The position numbers were made by a program, and so were the translations under genes. Source: an uncultured Acidobacteriota bacterium (lineage in GTDB: Bacteria; Acidobacteriota; Thermoanaerobaculia; Multivoradales; JAHEKO01). From it: a stretch of 64,000 nt of DNA. Numbering within the stretch: position 1 is the first letter of the stretch; each line of letters starts with the position of its first letter. This document shows, in pieces, positions 38,512 through 49,117 of this stretch. Location: positions 1,568,001 through 1,632,000 of the forward strand of contig CAVQNG010000003.1 of NCBI GenBank assembly GCA_963713825.1. Direction: 5' to 3'. Below the pieces are notes generated by a model. It searched no databases. It was not told where the DNA came from and saw nothing but the letters and a program-made list of their open reading frames with translations.

Positions 38512-40773
38512 CAGGCTCGGCGCGGTCGGCGATCCGTAAACACCGTCGTACTGCAGCCAACTCCCGACGACCTTCTCGAGGTACCCTCGGGTTTGGGAGA
38601 ACCCCACTTTCGTGAAGTACTCAGCCGGTTCCTGGCTGTAGCAGTAGCTCTGCCAGAGATCGGCCTGATCCTCCCCGGCGTTGTAGGCGGCAATCGCCGG
38701 AAACGACCGACCGGAGTACCGGTTCTCGAGATCGGCCAGATAAACGGCACCCAGAGCGATGGCGATCTCCGGCCTGTGAAGATCAGCGGCCTCCAGGTTT
38801 GGAAGACCGATCCGAGGGCCATATCTGCGTGCGGTGCCGAGGACGAACTGCGTCAAACCCCGGGCCGAGGCGGCGGAGATGGCCAGCGGGTCGAAGCGGC
38901 TCTCTTCGCGAATGATGGATGCCAGCAGGTGGGGTTCGATCCCGGCGCTCGAGGCTTTCGAGTCGATCAACTCCCGATAGGGAATCGGGTAGAGCAGTCG
39001 TCGATAGGAGAGAGACAGGAATTGCTGCGGCAGCTCTTCGGGCAAGCGATCGGAGAGGATCTCCGCAAAGCGAAGAGACTGTCTGTAGAGACCCGATTCC
39101 GCAAGCAAATGGCTGGCGGTCAGGGCAAGGGAGTTGTCCGCGACGGGGAAGTGCTCGCCTACGGCTGGGGACATGTGCTCGACGATTCCGAGGGCGAGAA
39201 GAATCTCTTCGGGCCGGTCGATCTCGGCGTCCCAAATGGCCCACTTTTCAGCCGGCACCATCTCCATCTCCAGAAAGGGTCGGACTCTGGAGCTGCTCTG
39301 CATGTGACGCAGTAAGTGTTGCCGCGATTCAGAGCCGAGGGAATCCTGGTCGCCAAGCAGGATCCAGGCTTGATGGAGCTCCCGGGTGCGGTCGATTCCG
39401 GCCAGTCGCAACCCTTGCGCTCGTCTGGCTGCTGCCAGTTCGGGCTGGTCGAGTCGGGATCGGGCCGCAGCAGAAAGTGGATGGTAGGGATTTTGTCCCA
39501 GTGCGGTGACGTAGTGGTCGACAGCCGATGTGGTCTGGCCCTCCACCTCGGCCAGGCGGCCTCGCCAGTAGGCAATCTCGGGAGTCACGGAACCGGTTGC
39601 CCTGGCGCTCTGGTCCAGCCAGGCCCCGGCCTGACCAGCCTCTCCCGACACCAGGTCCGAGGCGGCCAGAAAGAGAGCTGCCCTCGCGAAAGTCCGCCTC
39701 CAGCTTCCCCTGCTACTCAACTGTTGATAGCGCTCGAGAGCCGATTCGGAGTTGCCCTGCCGCCAATGGATCCGCAGCGAGGACATGAGCGCCGCCGCAG
39801 ACCATCGTCCCGTCGGGTCGACGTTGAGTGTTTGCTCGAAGATCAGAACGGCAGCCTGCCAGTCGCCATCGAGCTCGTAGGAACGGGCCTGTTGATACAG
39901 GGCTCGAGCCGCCTCTTGCTGTGACTGCTCGGCCCCGGCGAGGCGAGCGAAGTGTGAAGCGGCGGTCGGATAGTCGCGTAGCCAGAAGTGACTGCGCGCC
40001 AGGGCAAACAGGGCTTCATCACGGGTGATCCCGAGGACCGCAGTGTCTTCGCCCTGTAGGTAATTCAGTCCTCTTTCCAGCGGCTCGACCGCCGCCTCGA
40101 ACTCTCGGTGGTGGTAGAAAGCCATCCCCAGAAGGAGCGATGTGCGGTCGTCAGGTGGGTCGGACAGCGACCGCGAAAGAAGGTTGGCTGCCCCTCGGCC
40201 GGTGTCATCAGATCGATCTTCCTCCAGCAGACGGATCAAGTTGCTGCGGCCACGGCGCACCCTACCCTGCAGCAGGTCACAGCGGGCTCGGGAAAGCTCC
40301 AGCATTCGAAGCTCCGGCGGTGGCAATTGCCAGGAGTCCAGCTCTGTGAGCAGACGACAATCTCCTCCCAGGATCAGGGAGTGGGCCAGGTAGCGGGCAG
40401 CCGGTGGGATCAGAGGGGGTGGGGGTTGGTTGGCGAGCAGATTGGCCAGAAGTCCGGCGGCGACCTCGGGGTGGCCCATACGATACTGATTCAGGGCGAG
40501 GCGGTACCGGCCGTAGCCGGCGAGCTGGGGTGTCGAGAGCATAGCCGACACAAAGGCCTCGGGTGCTTCGCCCTCCTGATGCAACGCTTCTAGAAGATGG
40601 CCCCGAAGGTAGTCCAGGCCCCATTGGTTTGCGGCCTCGGGGTCAGCTACCTCTGCCTCGTCGGTGCGGCGCAGGGCAGCCTCTCGGAGGCCCTGGAGCT
40701 GCAGGTCGACGAGGACCGGTCGGGGATCCTGCGCCGAGACAGCGACAGCTGCGAGTAGTAGAGTCGTGATCAT
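38479..40773 (-). CDS. TPR-containing soluble lytic transglycosylase (Slt-like)
   Basis: IIREESRFDP..IS.ASARGLTQ, AAYNAG and TRGY motifs; TPR-like helices. Confidence 0.9.
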   Translation of the reverse strand: MITTLLLAAVAVSAQDPRPVLVDLQLQGLREAALRRTDEAEVADPEAANQWGLDYLRGHLLEALHQEGEAPEAFVSAMLSTPQLAGYGRYRLALNQYRMGHPEVAAGLLANLLANQPPPPLIPPAARYLAHSLILGGDCRLLTELDSWQLPPPELRMLELSRARCDLLQGRVRRGRSNLIRLLEEDRSDDTGRGAANLLSRSLSDPPDDRTSLLLGMAFYHHREFEAAVEPLERGLNYLQGEDTAVLGITRDEALFALARSHFWLRDYPTAASHFARLAGAEQSQQEAARALYQQARSYELDGDWQAAVLIFEQTLNVDPTGRWSAAALMSSLRIHWRQGNSESALERYQQLSSRGSWRRTFARAALFLAASDLVSGEAGQAGAWLDQSARATGSVTPEIAYWRGRLAEVEGQTTSAVDHYVTALGQNPYHPLSAAARSRLDQPELAAARRAQGLRLAGIDRTRELHQAWILLGDQDSLGSESRQHLLRHMQSSSRVRPFLEMEMVPAEKWAIWDAEIDRPEEILLALGIVEHMSPAVGEHFPVADNSLALTASHLLAESGLYRQSLRFAEILSDRLPEELPQQFLSLSYRRLLYPIPYRELIDSKASSAGIEPHLLASIIREESRFDPLAISAASARGLTQFVLGTARRYGPRIGLPNLEAADLHRPEIAIALGAVYLADLENRYSGRSFPAIAAYNAGEDQADLWQSYCYSQEPAEYFTKVGFSQTRGYLEKVVGSWLQYDGVYGSPTAPSLSAADLVDDGR

Positions 40774-41114
40774 CCAGGTGGCCAGGTGAATGCTCGTCCC
40801 CCGAGCAGGTGCACGTGAAGGTGAAAGACCGACTGCCCAGCACCCGCCAGGCAGTTGGTGACGACCCGAAATCCTCCCTCGGCGAGTCCTTGCTGGCGGG
40901 CGATCTCGATCGCGGCTTGCTGGAGCTTGCCGAGCAGAAGCGTCTGGTCCTCATCCATGTCGAGCAGGGTGGAGAAGTGCTGCTTGGGAATCACCAGGAC
41001 ATGGGTTGGGGCCTGGGGTTCGAGGTCGTGAAAGGCGATCACATCGTCGTCTTCATAGGCGATGCTCGCGGGTAGGTCGCCTGCAGCGATTTGGCAGAAG
41101 ATGCACTCGGTCAT
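40770..41114 (-). CDS. HIT family nucleotide hydrolase
   Basis: CIFC, PQAPTHVLVIPK and HLHVH motifs; GGAG SD before ATG 41114. Confidence 0.95.
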   Translation of the reverse strand: MTECIFCQIAAGDLPASIAYEDDDVIAFHDLEPQAPTHVLVIPKQHFSTLLDMDEDQTLLLGKLQQAAIEIARQQGLAEGGFRVVTNCLAGAGQSVFHLHVHLLGGRAFTWPPG

Positions 41115-41158
41115 GGGGAGCTCCTTTTCGACCCGGTTCTTGGTGTTTAATCGGTCTC

Positions 41159-42424
41159 TCAGGCGGGCTCGGCGGGGAGTCTCTCCACCCTGGCGCCGAG
41201 CTGCTGCAATTTCAGTTCCATTTGCTCGTAGCCCCGATCGAGGTGATAGATGCGGCCGACGATCGTCTCCCCGGCAGCGGCGATTGCCGCCAGCACGAGG
41301 CAAGCAGAGGCCCTCAAGTCGGTCGCCATGACCCGGGCTCCGGAGAGGGGCGTGGGGCCACGCACGTGGGCGAAGGTGCCTTGAGTGTGGATATCAGCGC
41401 CCATCCGGGCGAGCTCTGGAACATGCTGGAAGCGGTTCTCGAACACCGTCTCGCAGATCGTTGCCTGTCCGGTCGCCTGAGTCATCAGGGCCATGTACTG
41501 AGCCTGCAGGTCGGTGGGGAAGCCCGGATGGGGCGCCGTCAGCACATCCCGTGGCTTGAGCTCCCCCACACGACTCAGGCTCAAACCGGTGTCGGAGACG
41601 GTCAAATCACAGCCACTCTCAGCCAGCTTTTCCAGCAGCGGTGCCAAATCGGCAGATGTAGCTCCCCGGACCAGGATCTCTCCGCCGGTTATGGCGGCCG
41701 CAATCAGGTAGGTGCCAATCTCGATCCGGTCGCGAATCACCTGATGCGAAGCGGAGCCCAGACTCTCGACGCCCTCGATCTCGATCCGCTCGGAACCGGC
41801 CCCCTGAATTCGCGCTCCCATCTTGCCGAGGAGAGTTGCCAGATCGCCGATTTCTGGCTCCATGGCGCAGTTTTCGAGGACCGTGGTACCCCGCGCGAGG
41901 CAGGCCGCCAGCATCAGGTTCTCGGTGCCGGTCACCGTCGGGACATTGAAGCGAAAAGAGCCTCCGGTCAGTCGGCGGGCCCGCGCCGAGACGTATCCAT
42001 GTTCGAGTTGGACTTTGGCACCCAGAGCCTCGAGGCCGGCGAGATGTTGGTCGATCGGTCGTACCCCGATCGCGCAGCCCCCGGGCAGGGAGACGCGGGC
42101 GTGGCCCAGCCGGGCCACCAGGGGTCCGAGAACGAGAATGCTCGCTCGCATGGTCTTGACGAGCTCGTAGGGAGCATCATCGGGTCGAGCCCGCTCCCCG
42201 GTCTGCAGATGGACGCTGTCGCCTCGCTCTTCACTCTCTACTCCGAGATGGGCCAGCAGGCGCCGCATGGTGCGAATGTCTCGTACGACAGGTAGACCTG
42301 CCAGCTCGAGCTCACCTTCAGTGAGAAGGCTGGCCGCCAGAGCCGGCAAAGCGGCGTTTTTGGCTCCACTGGCGGTGACCTCGCCCTGGATCCGGTTGGG
42401 TCCGACAATGCGAAAACACTCCAC
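41159..42424 (-). CDS. murA: UDP-N-acetylglucosamine 1-carboxyvinyltransferase
   Basis: GAKNAALP, LPGGCAIGVRP, FPTDLQ and DRGYE motifs. Confidence 0.98.
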   Translation of the reverse strand: MECFRIVGPNRIQGEVTASGAKNAALPALAASLLTEGELELAGLPVVRDIRTMRRLLAHLGVESEERGDSVHLQTGERARPDDAPYELVKTMRASILVLGPLVARLGHARVSLPGGCAIGVRPIDQHLAGLEALGAKVQLEHGYVSARARRLTGGSFRFNVPTVTGTENLMLAACLARGTTVLENCAMEPEIGDLATLLGKMGARIQGAGSERIEIEGVESLGSASHQVIRDRIEIGTYLIAAAITGGEILVRGATSADLAPLLEKLAESGCDLTVSDTGLSLSRVGELKPRDVLTAPHPGFPTDLQAQYMALMTQATGQATICETVFENRFQHVPELARMGADIHTQGTFAHVRGPTPLSGARVMATDLRASACLVLAAIAAAGETIVGRIYHLDRGYEQMELKLQQLGARVERLPAEPA

Positions 42425-42502
42425 GATCGACTCCTTGTCGCCTATTGTCTACCACTCACGAGGTGGAGGGTACAGCGGCAGGTGTCACGCAGCTGCTTGG
42501 CG

Positions 42503-43342
42503 TCAGCGGCGTCGGAGCTGGGCGATCCGATCAAAACCAGCCAGGTCCGGGTGTATGGCTTCGAGATCGAAGGTGGAAGCGCCAGCCGAGGCGGCGATCG
42601 ACTCCGCCTGGGCGGCGCCGATCTCGAGCAGAACCGGGGTACCACTTTGAAGCCCGGAGAGGGTGTCCAGCAGGCGCTCTAGAAGGGAGTGACCGGCAGG
42701 ATGTGAGAAAAGCGCTGTTTCGGGCTCGAACTCGGTGATTTCAGGCGAGAGAGAGGAGGCTTCCTCGCGGCCGACATAAGGCGGATTGCTGACGACCAGC
42801 TGGTAGTCCTCCAGATCGCAAGCCGAAGCGAGGTCCGTCGCCACCAGGGCCAGTCTCTCGCCGACTTCATGTCGTTGGGCATTGCGCTTGGCCACGCGGA
42901 GAGCTGCCTGCGAGACGTCCGTCGCGAGGACCCGACTCCCTGCAATCTCAGCGAGGAGAGTGACAGCCAAGCACCCTGAGCCCGTGCCGATGTCCAGGAT
43001 GCGGGGCTGGGATGGAAGGCCGAGTCGCAGAGCGATCTCGACGATGTGCTCCGTCTCGGGACGAGGGATGAGGACTCGGCGGTCGACAAGGAAGGCCCTG
43101 CCAAAGAACTCCTTCTCACCCAGGATGTAGGCAATGGGCTCTCCTGCGAGGCGCCTGTCCAGGAGCTTCTGGAACTTTCCGTGGAGACTGGGGTCGAGCT
43201 CGTCGTGACCGTGAGCGAGAAGGTGCGCTTCGGACCAGTTCAGGGTCCAGGCCAGCAGGAGGTTGGCTTCACGAAGGGCGGGTTGGAAGGGAGCTGCTGC
43301 GAGCCGCTCCCGAGCCGAGATCAGCGTCTGATCGATCTTCAA
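42503..43342 (-). CDS. prmC: Release factor glutamine methyltransferase
   Basis: [15 protein letters not shown] and SNPPY motifs; follows prfA. Confidence 0.96.
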   Translation of the reverse strand: MKIDQTLISARERLAAAPFQPALREANLLLAWTLNWSEAHLLAHGHDELDPSLHGKFQKLLDRRLAGEPIAYILGEKEFFGRAFLVDRRVLIPRPETEHIVEIALRLGLPSQPRILDIGTGSGCLAVTLLAEIAGSRVLATDVSQAALRVAKRNAQRHEVGERLALVATDLASACDLEDYQLVVSNPPYVGREEASSLSPEITEFEPETALFSHPAGHSLLERLLDTLSGLQSGTPVLLEIGAAQAESIAASAGASTFDLEAIHPDLAGFDRIAQLRRR

Positions 43343-44424
43343 CCCTGGGCCTGTTCGGCGGTCTGCTTCATGAGCTCCGCCTGGAAGTGGGCCGACAAGG
43401 GCTCGATCAGGCTGTCGAGCTCACCCTCGAGGATGATCGGCAACTTGTGCACAGTCAGTCCGATCCGATGGTCGGTGACCCGATTCTGAGGGAAGTTGTA
43501 CGTGCGGATCTTCTCGGAGCGGTCGCCACTGCCGACCATCTTGCGCCGCTCGGAGCTGGCCTCCGACTCCGCCTTCTCCCGCTCGATCTCCAGCAACCTC
43601 GACTTCAGAACCCGCATGGCCTTGGCCCGGTTCTTGATCTGGCTTCGCTCGTCCTGGCAGCTGACGACGATGCCGGTGGGCAGATGCGTGATGCGCACCG
43701 CCGAGTAGGTCGTGTTGACTCCCTGGCCTCCTGGGCCGGAGGAGCAGAAGCGATCGATCCGGAGATCCTTCTCCTCGATCGAGACCTCGACGTCCTCGGC
43801 CTCCGGCAGGATCGCGACGGTTACGGCCGAAGTGTGGATTCGACCAGACGCCTCGGTCTCGGGAACGCGCTGTACGCGATGGACACCGGCCTCGTGCTTG
43901 AGGCGGCTGAAAGCCCCCTTGCCTTCGATGATGGCTGAGACCTCCTTGACGCCCTTGATGCCCGATTCGGAGAGGTCGATGATCTCCACGCGCCAGCGCT
44001 GTTGCTCCGCGTAGCGGCTGTACATGCGAAAGAGCTCTCCCGCGAAGAGGGTGGCCTCGTCACCACCCGTTCCAGCCCGGATTTCCAGCACCACGTTGCG
44101 GGCGTCGTTGGGATCTTTTGGAGTCAGCTCGATGCGGAGCTTCTCTTCGAGATCCTGAAGCTCCTGGTCGAGGCGGTCCTTCTCCTCTTGGGCCATCTCG
44201 AAGAGCTCTTCGTCTTTGCTGAGCGTACCGAGCAACTCTTCGGTCTGCTGGAGCTCCTCCCTCGTGGCCTTGAACTGTTGAAACAGCTCGATCACTGGCG
44301 AAATCTCGGCCAGCTTCTTGCTGGTCTCGCGGAACGCCTCCTGATCGGCGTGGATCTCCGGATCGGACAACCGGGCCGTCAGGTCTTCGTGAGTCTTTTC
44401 GAGCTCTTGCAGTTGCTCCAGCAT
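43339..44424 (-). CDS. prfA: Peptide chain release factor 1
   Basis: GGQ, PET (PxT) anticodon motif, [10 protein letters not shown]; start estimated at ATG 44424. Confidence 0.97.
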   Translation of the reverse strand: MLEQLQELEKTHEDLTARLSDPEIHADQEAFRETSKKLAEISPVIELFQQFKATREELQQTEELLGTLSKDEELFEMAQEEKDRLDQELQDLEEKLRIELTPKDPNDARNVVLEIRAGTGGDEATLFAGELFRMYSRYAEQQRWRVEIIDLSESGIKGVKEVSAIIEGKGAFSRLKHEAGVHRVQRVPETEASGRIHTSAVTVAILPEAEDVEVSIEEKDLRIDRFCSSGPGGQGVNTTYSAVRITHLPTGIVVSCQDERSQIKNRAKAMRVLKSRLLEIEREKAESEASSERRKMVGSGDRSEKIRTYNFPQNRVTDHRIGLTVHKLPIILEGELDSLIEPLSAHFQAELMKQTAEQAQG

Positions 44425-44499
44425 GGTGATTCGAGCCTCTCCACTTTCCCCAGGCACACTTCGGCCCGGATACGACAGAAGGAATGGGGGTTGGAGGGG

Positions 44500-44700
44500 C
44501 TAGCGCTCGCCGTAGCGCTGCTTGAAACGCTCGACTCGACCGGCGGTGTCTACAAACTTCTGCTTGCCCGTGAAGAACGGGTGGCAGGCGTTGCAGATCT
44601 CCAACCGCAAGTTCTCTTTGGTCGAGTAGGTCTCGAACGTATTGCCGCAGGCGCAGGCGGCCGTCACCAAGTGCAGCTGGGGATGAATGTCCTTCTTCAT
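44500..44700 (-). CDS. rpmE: 50S ribosomal protein L31 (Zn-binding type)
   Basis: MKKDIHP, CACG...[16 protein letters not shown]. Confidence 0.97.
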   Translation of the reverse strand: MKKDIHPQLHLVTAACACGNTFETYSTKENLRLEICNACHPFFTGKQKFVDTAGRVERFKQRYGER

Positions 44701-44778
44701 GATGTCGACCTCGATTGACTGGCTTCTCGAGAGCGCTTGAGACACAATAGTGCGTCTTGTCGAAGCCGAGAAGCGGGA

Positions 44779-44807
44779 AGAATACTCAATTCCTCCTGAA
44801 AGAACAA
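44779..44807 (-). promoter_or_regulatory. Sigma70-type promoter TTGTTC-N17-TATTCT for rpmE-prfA-prmC
   Basis: 17-nt spacing; lies about 80 nt upstream of the rpmE ATG. Confidence 0.55.
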
Positions 44808-44941
44808 CCTCCTAAGCTCCAGTATTCCTGCCAATAGCATCGTTCTAGGGACTTCGGTCGACCAAGTAGTTGGAGAATCGACATGTGGAGCCTCGAGGAA
44901 ACCTGCAAGCGGAAGTCGCGTAAAGGACCTCTGAGTGGAGT

Positions 44942-47206
44942 TTGTCTGTGTTCGTCGCACCTGAGATAGGACCGCGGCTATCGGTCGGTCTTTGCGTCAG
45001 CCTTCTTGTGCTGACTGCTGCTGGTGTGTTGGCGCAGGCAAGCCCCAGGCCCAGAACCGAGTACTCGATCCCCCGCACGGAGTCACCGATCAATGTCGAT
45101 GCCAAGCTCGACGAGCCGGCGTGGCAGGAAGCTGCCCGAATCGACCTGCAGTATGAGACCCACCCTGGCGAGAACATCCCCGCACCGGTAGAGACCGAGT
45201 GTCTGGTTACCTACGACAGCAGCCACGTCTATATCGCTTTCAGGGCCTACGATGAGAATCCGCAAGCGATTCGAGCCCACATGGTCGACCGGGACACGGC
45301 GTTCAATGACGATTTCGTCGGCGTCGTGCTGGACACCTTCAACGACGAGCGCCGGGCCTTCGAGTTCTTCGTCAATCCTCTCGGCGTACAGATGGATCTG
45401 TTCAACGACGATCTGAGCCACGATGAGACAACGTCCTGGGACGCGATCTGGTCCTCGGCAGGTCGCATCACCGAAGAGGGGTATGTTGTCGAGTTGGCGA
45501 TTCCCTTCCATCAGCTTCGATTTCCGAGTGGTGGTGAGGAGCTGACCTGGGGCTTCGACGCGGTGCGCTTCTATCCGCGCAGTGACCGGGTCCGGATCGC
45601 TAGCCAGCCCATGGATCGAGGAGTGAGCTGCTACCTCTGTCAGATCTCGAAGGCCACCGGCTTCGAGGGCGCCAGCGCCGGGCGCAACATCGAGCTGGTG
45701 CCGACGCTGACCGCGGGTCGAACCGATGAAAGAGAGGACTTTCCCGAGGGCGACCTACAGGACGGCAGCGCAGAGACTGAGCTGGGTTTGACGGCCAAAT
45801 GGGGCATTACCCCGAGCCTGACCGGAAATCTGGCTCTGAACCCCGACTTCTCTCAGGTCGAAGCCGATGTCGCTCAGCTGGATGTCAACAACCCATTTGC
45901 CCTGTTCTACCCGGAACAGAGACCCTTCTTCCTCGAGGGAGCCGACATCTTCTCGACTCCACTCGATACGGTGTTCACACGCAATGTGGCGGACCCGTTG
46001 TGGGGAGGCAAGATCTCCGGCAAGCAGAGCATCCATGGTCTCGGAGTCTTCGTGGCTCAAGACCAGGTCACCAACCTGCTGTTTCCTGGCAGCGAAGGTT
46101 CTGACAGTGATTCCTTTGACTTCAAGACGATCGACTCGGTCTTGCGATACCGCCGCGACTTCGGAAACGCATCAGCCATAGGGGCCCTGTTTACAGGCCG
46201 GGAGGGTGACAACTACCACAACCGGGTGGCTGGCGTCGACGGCGTCTATCGCATCACCGATACCCACTCCCTACGATTCCAGGCCCTCGGTTCTCAGAGC
46301 CTCTACCCAGACGACATTGCCGAGGACTACGACCAGCCAATGGGTAGCTTCAGCGACCAGGCGTACCTCTTGGGGTACAGCCATGACTCGAGGAACTGGC
46401 GGGGCTGGGCGCGGTACCAGGACATCGGTGAGGATTTCCGCGCCGACATGGGCTTCATGCCTCAAGTCGACTTTCGAGAGGGCTCGACCGGCTTCGAACA
46501 CAATTGGTGGGGAAAGGAAGGCGACTGGTACAACCGCATCGAGCTCGGTAGCGAGCTCGAGCGCAACGAAGACCAGACAGGGCAGCTGTTGCAGCAGGAG
46601 TGGAGAGTGTGGAGTGGTGTCGGCGGTCCTCTACAGTCCTTTGTCTGGCTCAATCTGTCCCTCGCAGAGCAGGGGTACGAAGGCGAAGTCTTTAACGCCA
46701 ACGCTGTGCGAACCTTCTTTCGAATTCAACCGAGCGGCATGTTCTCGTTCGATATGTTCTCTCGCATTGGCGGGCAGGTGGATTTCGACAATGTTCAGCA
46801 AGGCGATGCTGTGAGGCTCGTGCCGAATTTTAGGCTCAACCTGGGGCGCCATGTTCAGGCGCAACTACGCCACACCTATGAGCAGCTGGACGTCGACGAT
46901 GGACGGCTCTTCACCGCCAACTTGAGTCAGTTGCGCTTCGTCTATCAGTTCAACATCCGCACCTTCGTTCGGGCGATTGTCCAATACACCGACATCGATC
47001 GGGACTTGAGTCTCTATGACGATCCCGAGGATGTAGACGCCAAGACCAATCAGGTCTTCAGTCAGTTGCTGTTCTCTTACAAGGTGAATCCGCGCACCGT
47101 CCTCTTCCTGGGCTACTCGGACAACCGGGAAGGCGACGAGAACAACGACCTCCTACAAGAAGACCGATCCGTCTTCCTGAAGATCGGCTACGCCTGGAAT
47201 CTGTAG
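44942..47206 (+). CDS. CBM9-like plus DUF5916-type outer membrane protein
   Basis: DAKLDEPAW, FEFFVNPLGVQMD, LNPDFSQVEAD and EQRPFFLEG motifs; aromatic barrel-type C-terminus; start uncertain. Confidence 0.8.
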   Translation: MSVFVAPEIGPRLSVGLCVSLLVLTAAGVLAQASPRPRTEYSIPRTESPINVDAKLDEPAWQEAARIDLQYETHPGENIPAPVETECLVTYDSSHVYIAFRAYDENPQAIRAHMVDRDTAFNDDFVGVVLDTFNDERRAFEFFVNPLGVQMDLFNDDLSHDETTSWDAIWSSAGRITEEGYVVELAIPFHQLRFPSGGEELTWGFDAVRFYPRSDRVRIASQPMDRGVSCYLCQISKATGFEGASAGRNIELVPTLTAGRTDEREDFPEGDLQDGSAETELGLTAKWGITPSLTGNLALNPDFSQVEADVAQLDVNNPFALFYPEQRPFFLEGADIFSTPLDTVFTRNVADPLWGGKISGKQSIHGLGVFVAQDQVTNLLFPGSEGSDSDSFDFKTIDSVLRYRRDFGNASAIGALFTGREGDNYHNRVAGVDGVYRITDTHSLRFQALGSQSLYPDDIAEDYDQPMGSFSDQAYLLGYSHDSRNWRGWARYQDIGEDFRADMGFMPQVDFREGSTGFEHNWWGKEGDWYNRIELGSELERNEDQTGQLLQQEWRVWSGVGGPLQSFVWLNLSLAEQGYEGEVFNANAVRTFFRIQPSGMFSFDMFSRIGGQVDFDNVQQGDAVRLVPNFRLNLGRHVQAQLRHTYEQLDVDDGRLFTANLSQLRFVYQFNIRTFVRAIVQYTDIDRDLSLYDDPEDVDAKTNQVFSQLLFSYKVNPRTVLFLGYSDNREGDENNDLLQEDRSVFLKIGYAWNL

Positions 47207-47710
47207 GACCTTCGCCCTACCGGCGAAAGGTCCCGAGGGTTGAGGCGGCCGCCGTGCCTTCGGCCGGTCTATGAGGGCCTGGGGTTGAGGCGGCTGTCGC
47301 TTGCTCGAGTTGGCCTTTGGGGGCTTGGGGATCGAGACGGCCGATCGAACCAGGGATCTCCTTCGTCTGCGGCCTCACCCGACCATGCCCCTCCGACGAG
47401 GGAGACCCATGGCCCGATCTACCACGCTCGAGACACATTGAGAATCCGACTGCTGACGCGCCCCCTACGCCCCTAAGCCCTTACGCTCCTAAGGGTGCCG
47501 AAGGTTCGTTCGGGTGTTTCGACAGGGGGTGTGCCGAGTCGCGCGCAGCACAAGGGCCATCAAAGGGCAAGGAGGATGACGCGCGATGACGAGACAAGGT
47601 GGCGGCCCACCTCAATGAAGGGGAGGGGCTTGCCCCCTCCCGTGGGAGCCCGCAAGGGGCTCCCCTACAAAGCCGACGCCGTCCCCCAGCGAGCCACCCG
47701 GACGAACCTC
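47206..47710 (+). repeat. Modular structured intergenic repeat, copy 4 (carries an inserted REP doublet)
   Basis: A, B, C and D modules match copies 1 and 3; convergent gap. Confidence 0.95.
47617..47668. repeat. Inverted doublet of GTAG-family REP-like palindromes
   Basis: GAAGGGGAGGGGCTTGCCCCCTCCC followed by the reverse complement of GTAGGGGAGCCCCTTGCGGGCTCCC. Confidence 0.75.
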
Positions 47711-47737
47711 AGAAGACTCTAGTTGTGCAGGCTGAGC

Positions 47738-49117
47738 TCAGTTTGGAACGCGGTCGACCGAGATCTCGAGGCGCTTCATCATCTCGTGGAGCGTCGTCGG
47801 CTTGACCTTCAGCAGCTCGGCTGCGGCCTTTTGCACGCCGCCGGCGGCTTCGAGCGCCTTGACGATGAGCTGACGCTCGTAAGAGCTGACGGCCTCTTTG
47901 AAGGCGACCCCATTGCTGGGCAGCATCGCGGTCGGTGCCGGCAGGGAGTCGGGTTCGCGAACGCTGGGTGGCAGCAGATCCACGTCCAGAACGGAGCCTG
48001 ATGACAACACGACGGCGCGCTCGATCACGTTCTCGAGCTCCCGAACATTGCCGGGCCAGCGGTAGTCGAGTAGCAGCTCCATGGCCGCGGAGGAGATCTC
48101 TTCCAGAGCTTTGTCGTTCTCTTGTGCGTACTTGGTAAGGAAAGTACGGACCAGCAGAGGAATGTCCTCACTACGCTGTCGCAATGGCGGCAGCTGGATG
48201 GTAATGACGTTCAGTCGGTAGTACAGATCTTCGCGGAAAACGCCCTCCTGCACCGACTCTTCGATCCGGGCGTTGGTCGCCGCGATGATCCGGACATCGG
48301 CCTTGAGCGTCTCGACTCCGCCCAGGCGCATGAACTCCTTTTCTTGGATGACTCGCAACAGTTTGGCTTGTGTATCCAGGGGGATGTTGCCGATCTCATC
48401 GAAGAAGATCGAGCCGCTATTGGCGAGCTCGAAGAGTCCCTTCTTGTTGGAGACCGCCCCGGTGAACGACCCCTTGACGTGCCCGAAGAGGTTGCTCTCG
48501 AGCAGATCAGCGGGCATGGACCCCGAGTTGACGGTCACGAATGGGCCACCGGCGCGGCGCGAATGGTGATGAATGGCCTTGGAGACCAGCTCCTTGCCCG
48601 TGCCGCTCTCACCAAGGATCAGGATGTTGCTCTTCGCCGGCGCCGCCAGCTGGATGAGCTCGAAGACTTTCTGCATCGGCTTGCTCTTGCCGATGATGTT
48701 GTCGAAGCCGTAGCGTTGGCGCAGCTGCTCCTTCAACGATCGGTTCTCCGAGGTCAATCGATGCTGGTCGAGGCCCTTGCGGATCGTCAGCAGCACTTCC
48801 TCGTTCTTGAAGGGCTTCGGGATGTAGTGGAAGGCACCTTCTCGCATCGCCTCGATGGCGCCTTCGATGGAAGAGAACGCCGTGATTACGATGACGACCT
48901 GATCCGGGTCCGAGGCCCTGACCCGTTTCAATACTTCCAGGCCAGAGGTGTCGGGAAGCATCAGGTCCAACAGGATGAGCTCGACCTCTTCCTTGGCCAG
49001 CAAGTCGAGAGCCTCGCGCCCGGTTCCCGCACTGAGCGTCGAATAGCCCTCCTTGGTCAGTAGGGAGGTCAGGACGTCTTGCAGGATCTCTTCGTCGTCG
49101 ACGATCAGAATGCTCAT
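47738..49117 (-). CDS. Sigma54-dependent response regulator (NtrC/AtoC family)
   Basis: Receiver domain, GESGTGKE, GSFTGA, WPGNVRELEN, C-terminal HTH. Confidence 0.95.
   Translation of the reverse strand: MSILIVDDEEILQDVLTSLLTKEGYSTLSAGTGREALDLLAKEEVELILLDLMLPDTSGLEVLKRVRASDPDQVVIVITAFSSIEGAIEAMREGAFHYIPKPFKNEEVLLTIRKGLDQHRLTSENRSLKEQLRQRYGFDNIIGKSKPMQKVFELIQLAAPAKSNILILGESGTGKELVSKAIHHHSRRAGGPFVTVNSGSMPADLLESNLFGHVKGSFTGAVSNKKGLFELANSGSIFFDEIGNIPLDTQAKLLRVIQEKEFMRLGGVETLKADVRIIAATNARIEESVQEGVFREDLYYRLNVITIQLPPLRQRSEDIPLLVRTFLTKYAQENDKALEEISSAAMELLLDYRWPGNVRELENVIERAVVLSSGSVLDVDLLPPSVREPDSLPAPTAMLPSNGVAFKEAVSSYERQLIVKALEAAGGVQKAAAELLKVKPTTLHEMMKRLEISVDRVPN

Noticed and set aside
41006-42295. 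429-aa + strand ORF
   Set aside because: Antisense shadow of murA
44485-44500. TGGGGGTTGGAGGGGC next to the rpmE stop, resembling module A
   Set aside because: Too short, with no flanking hairpin or other module
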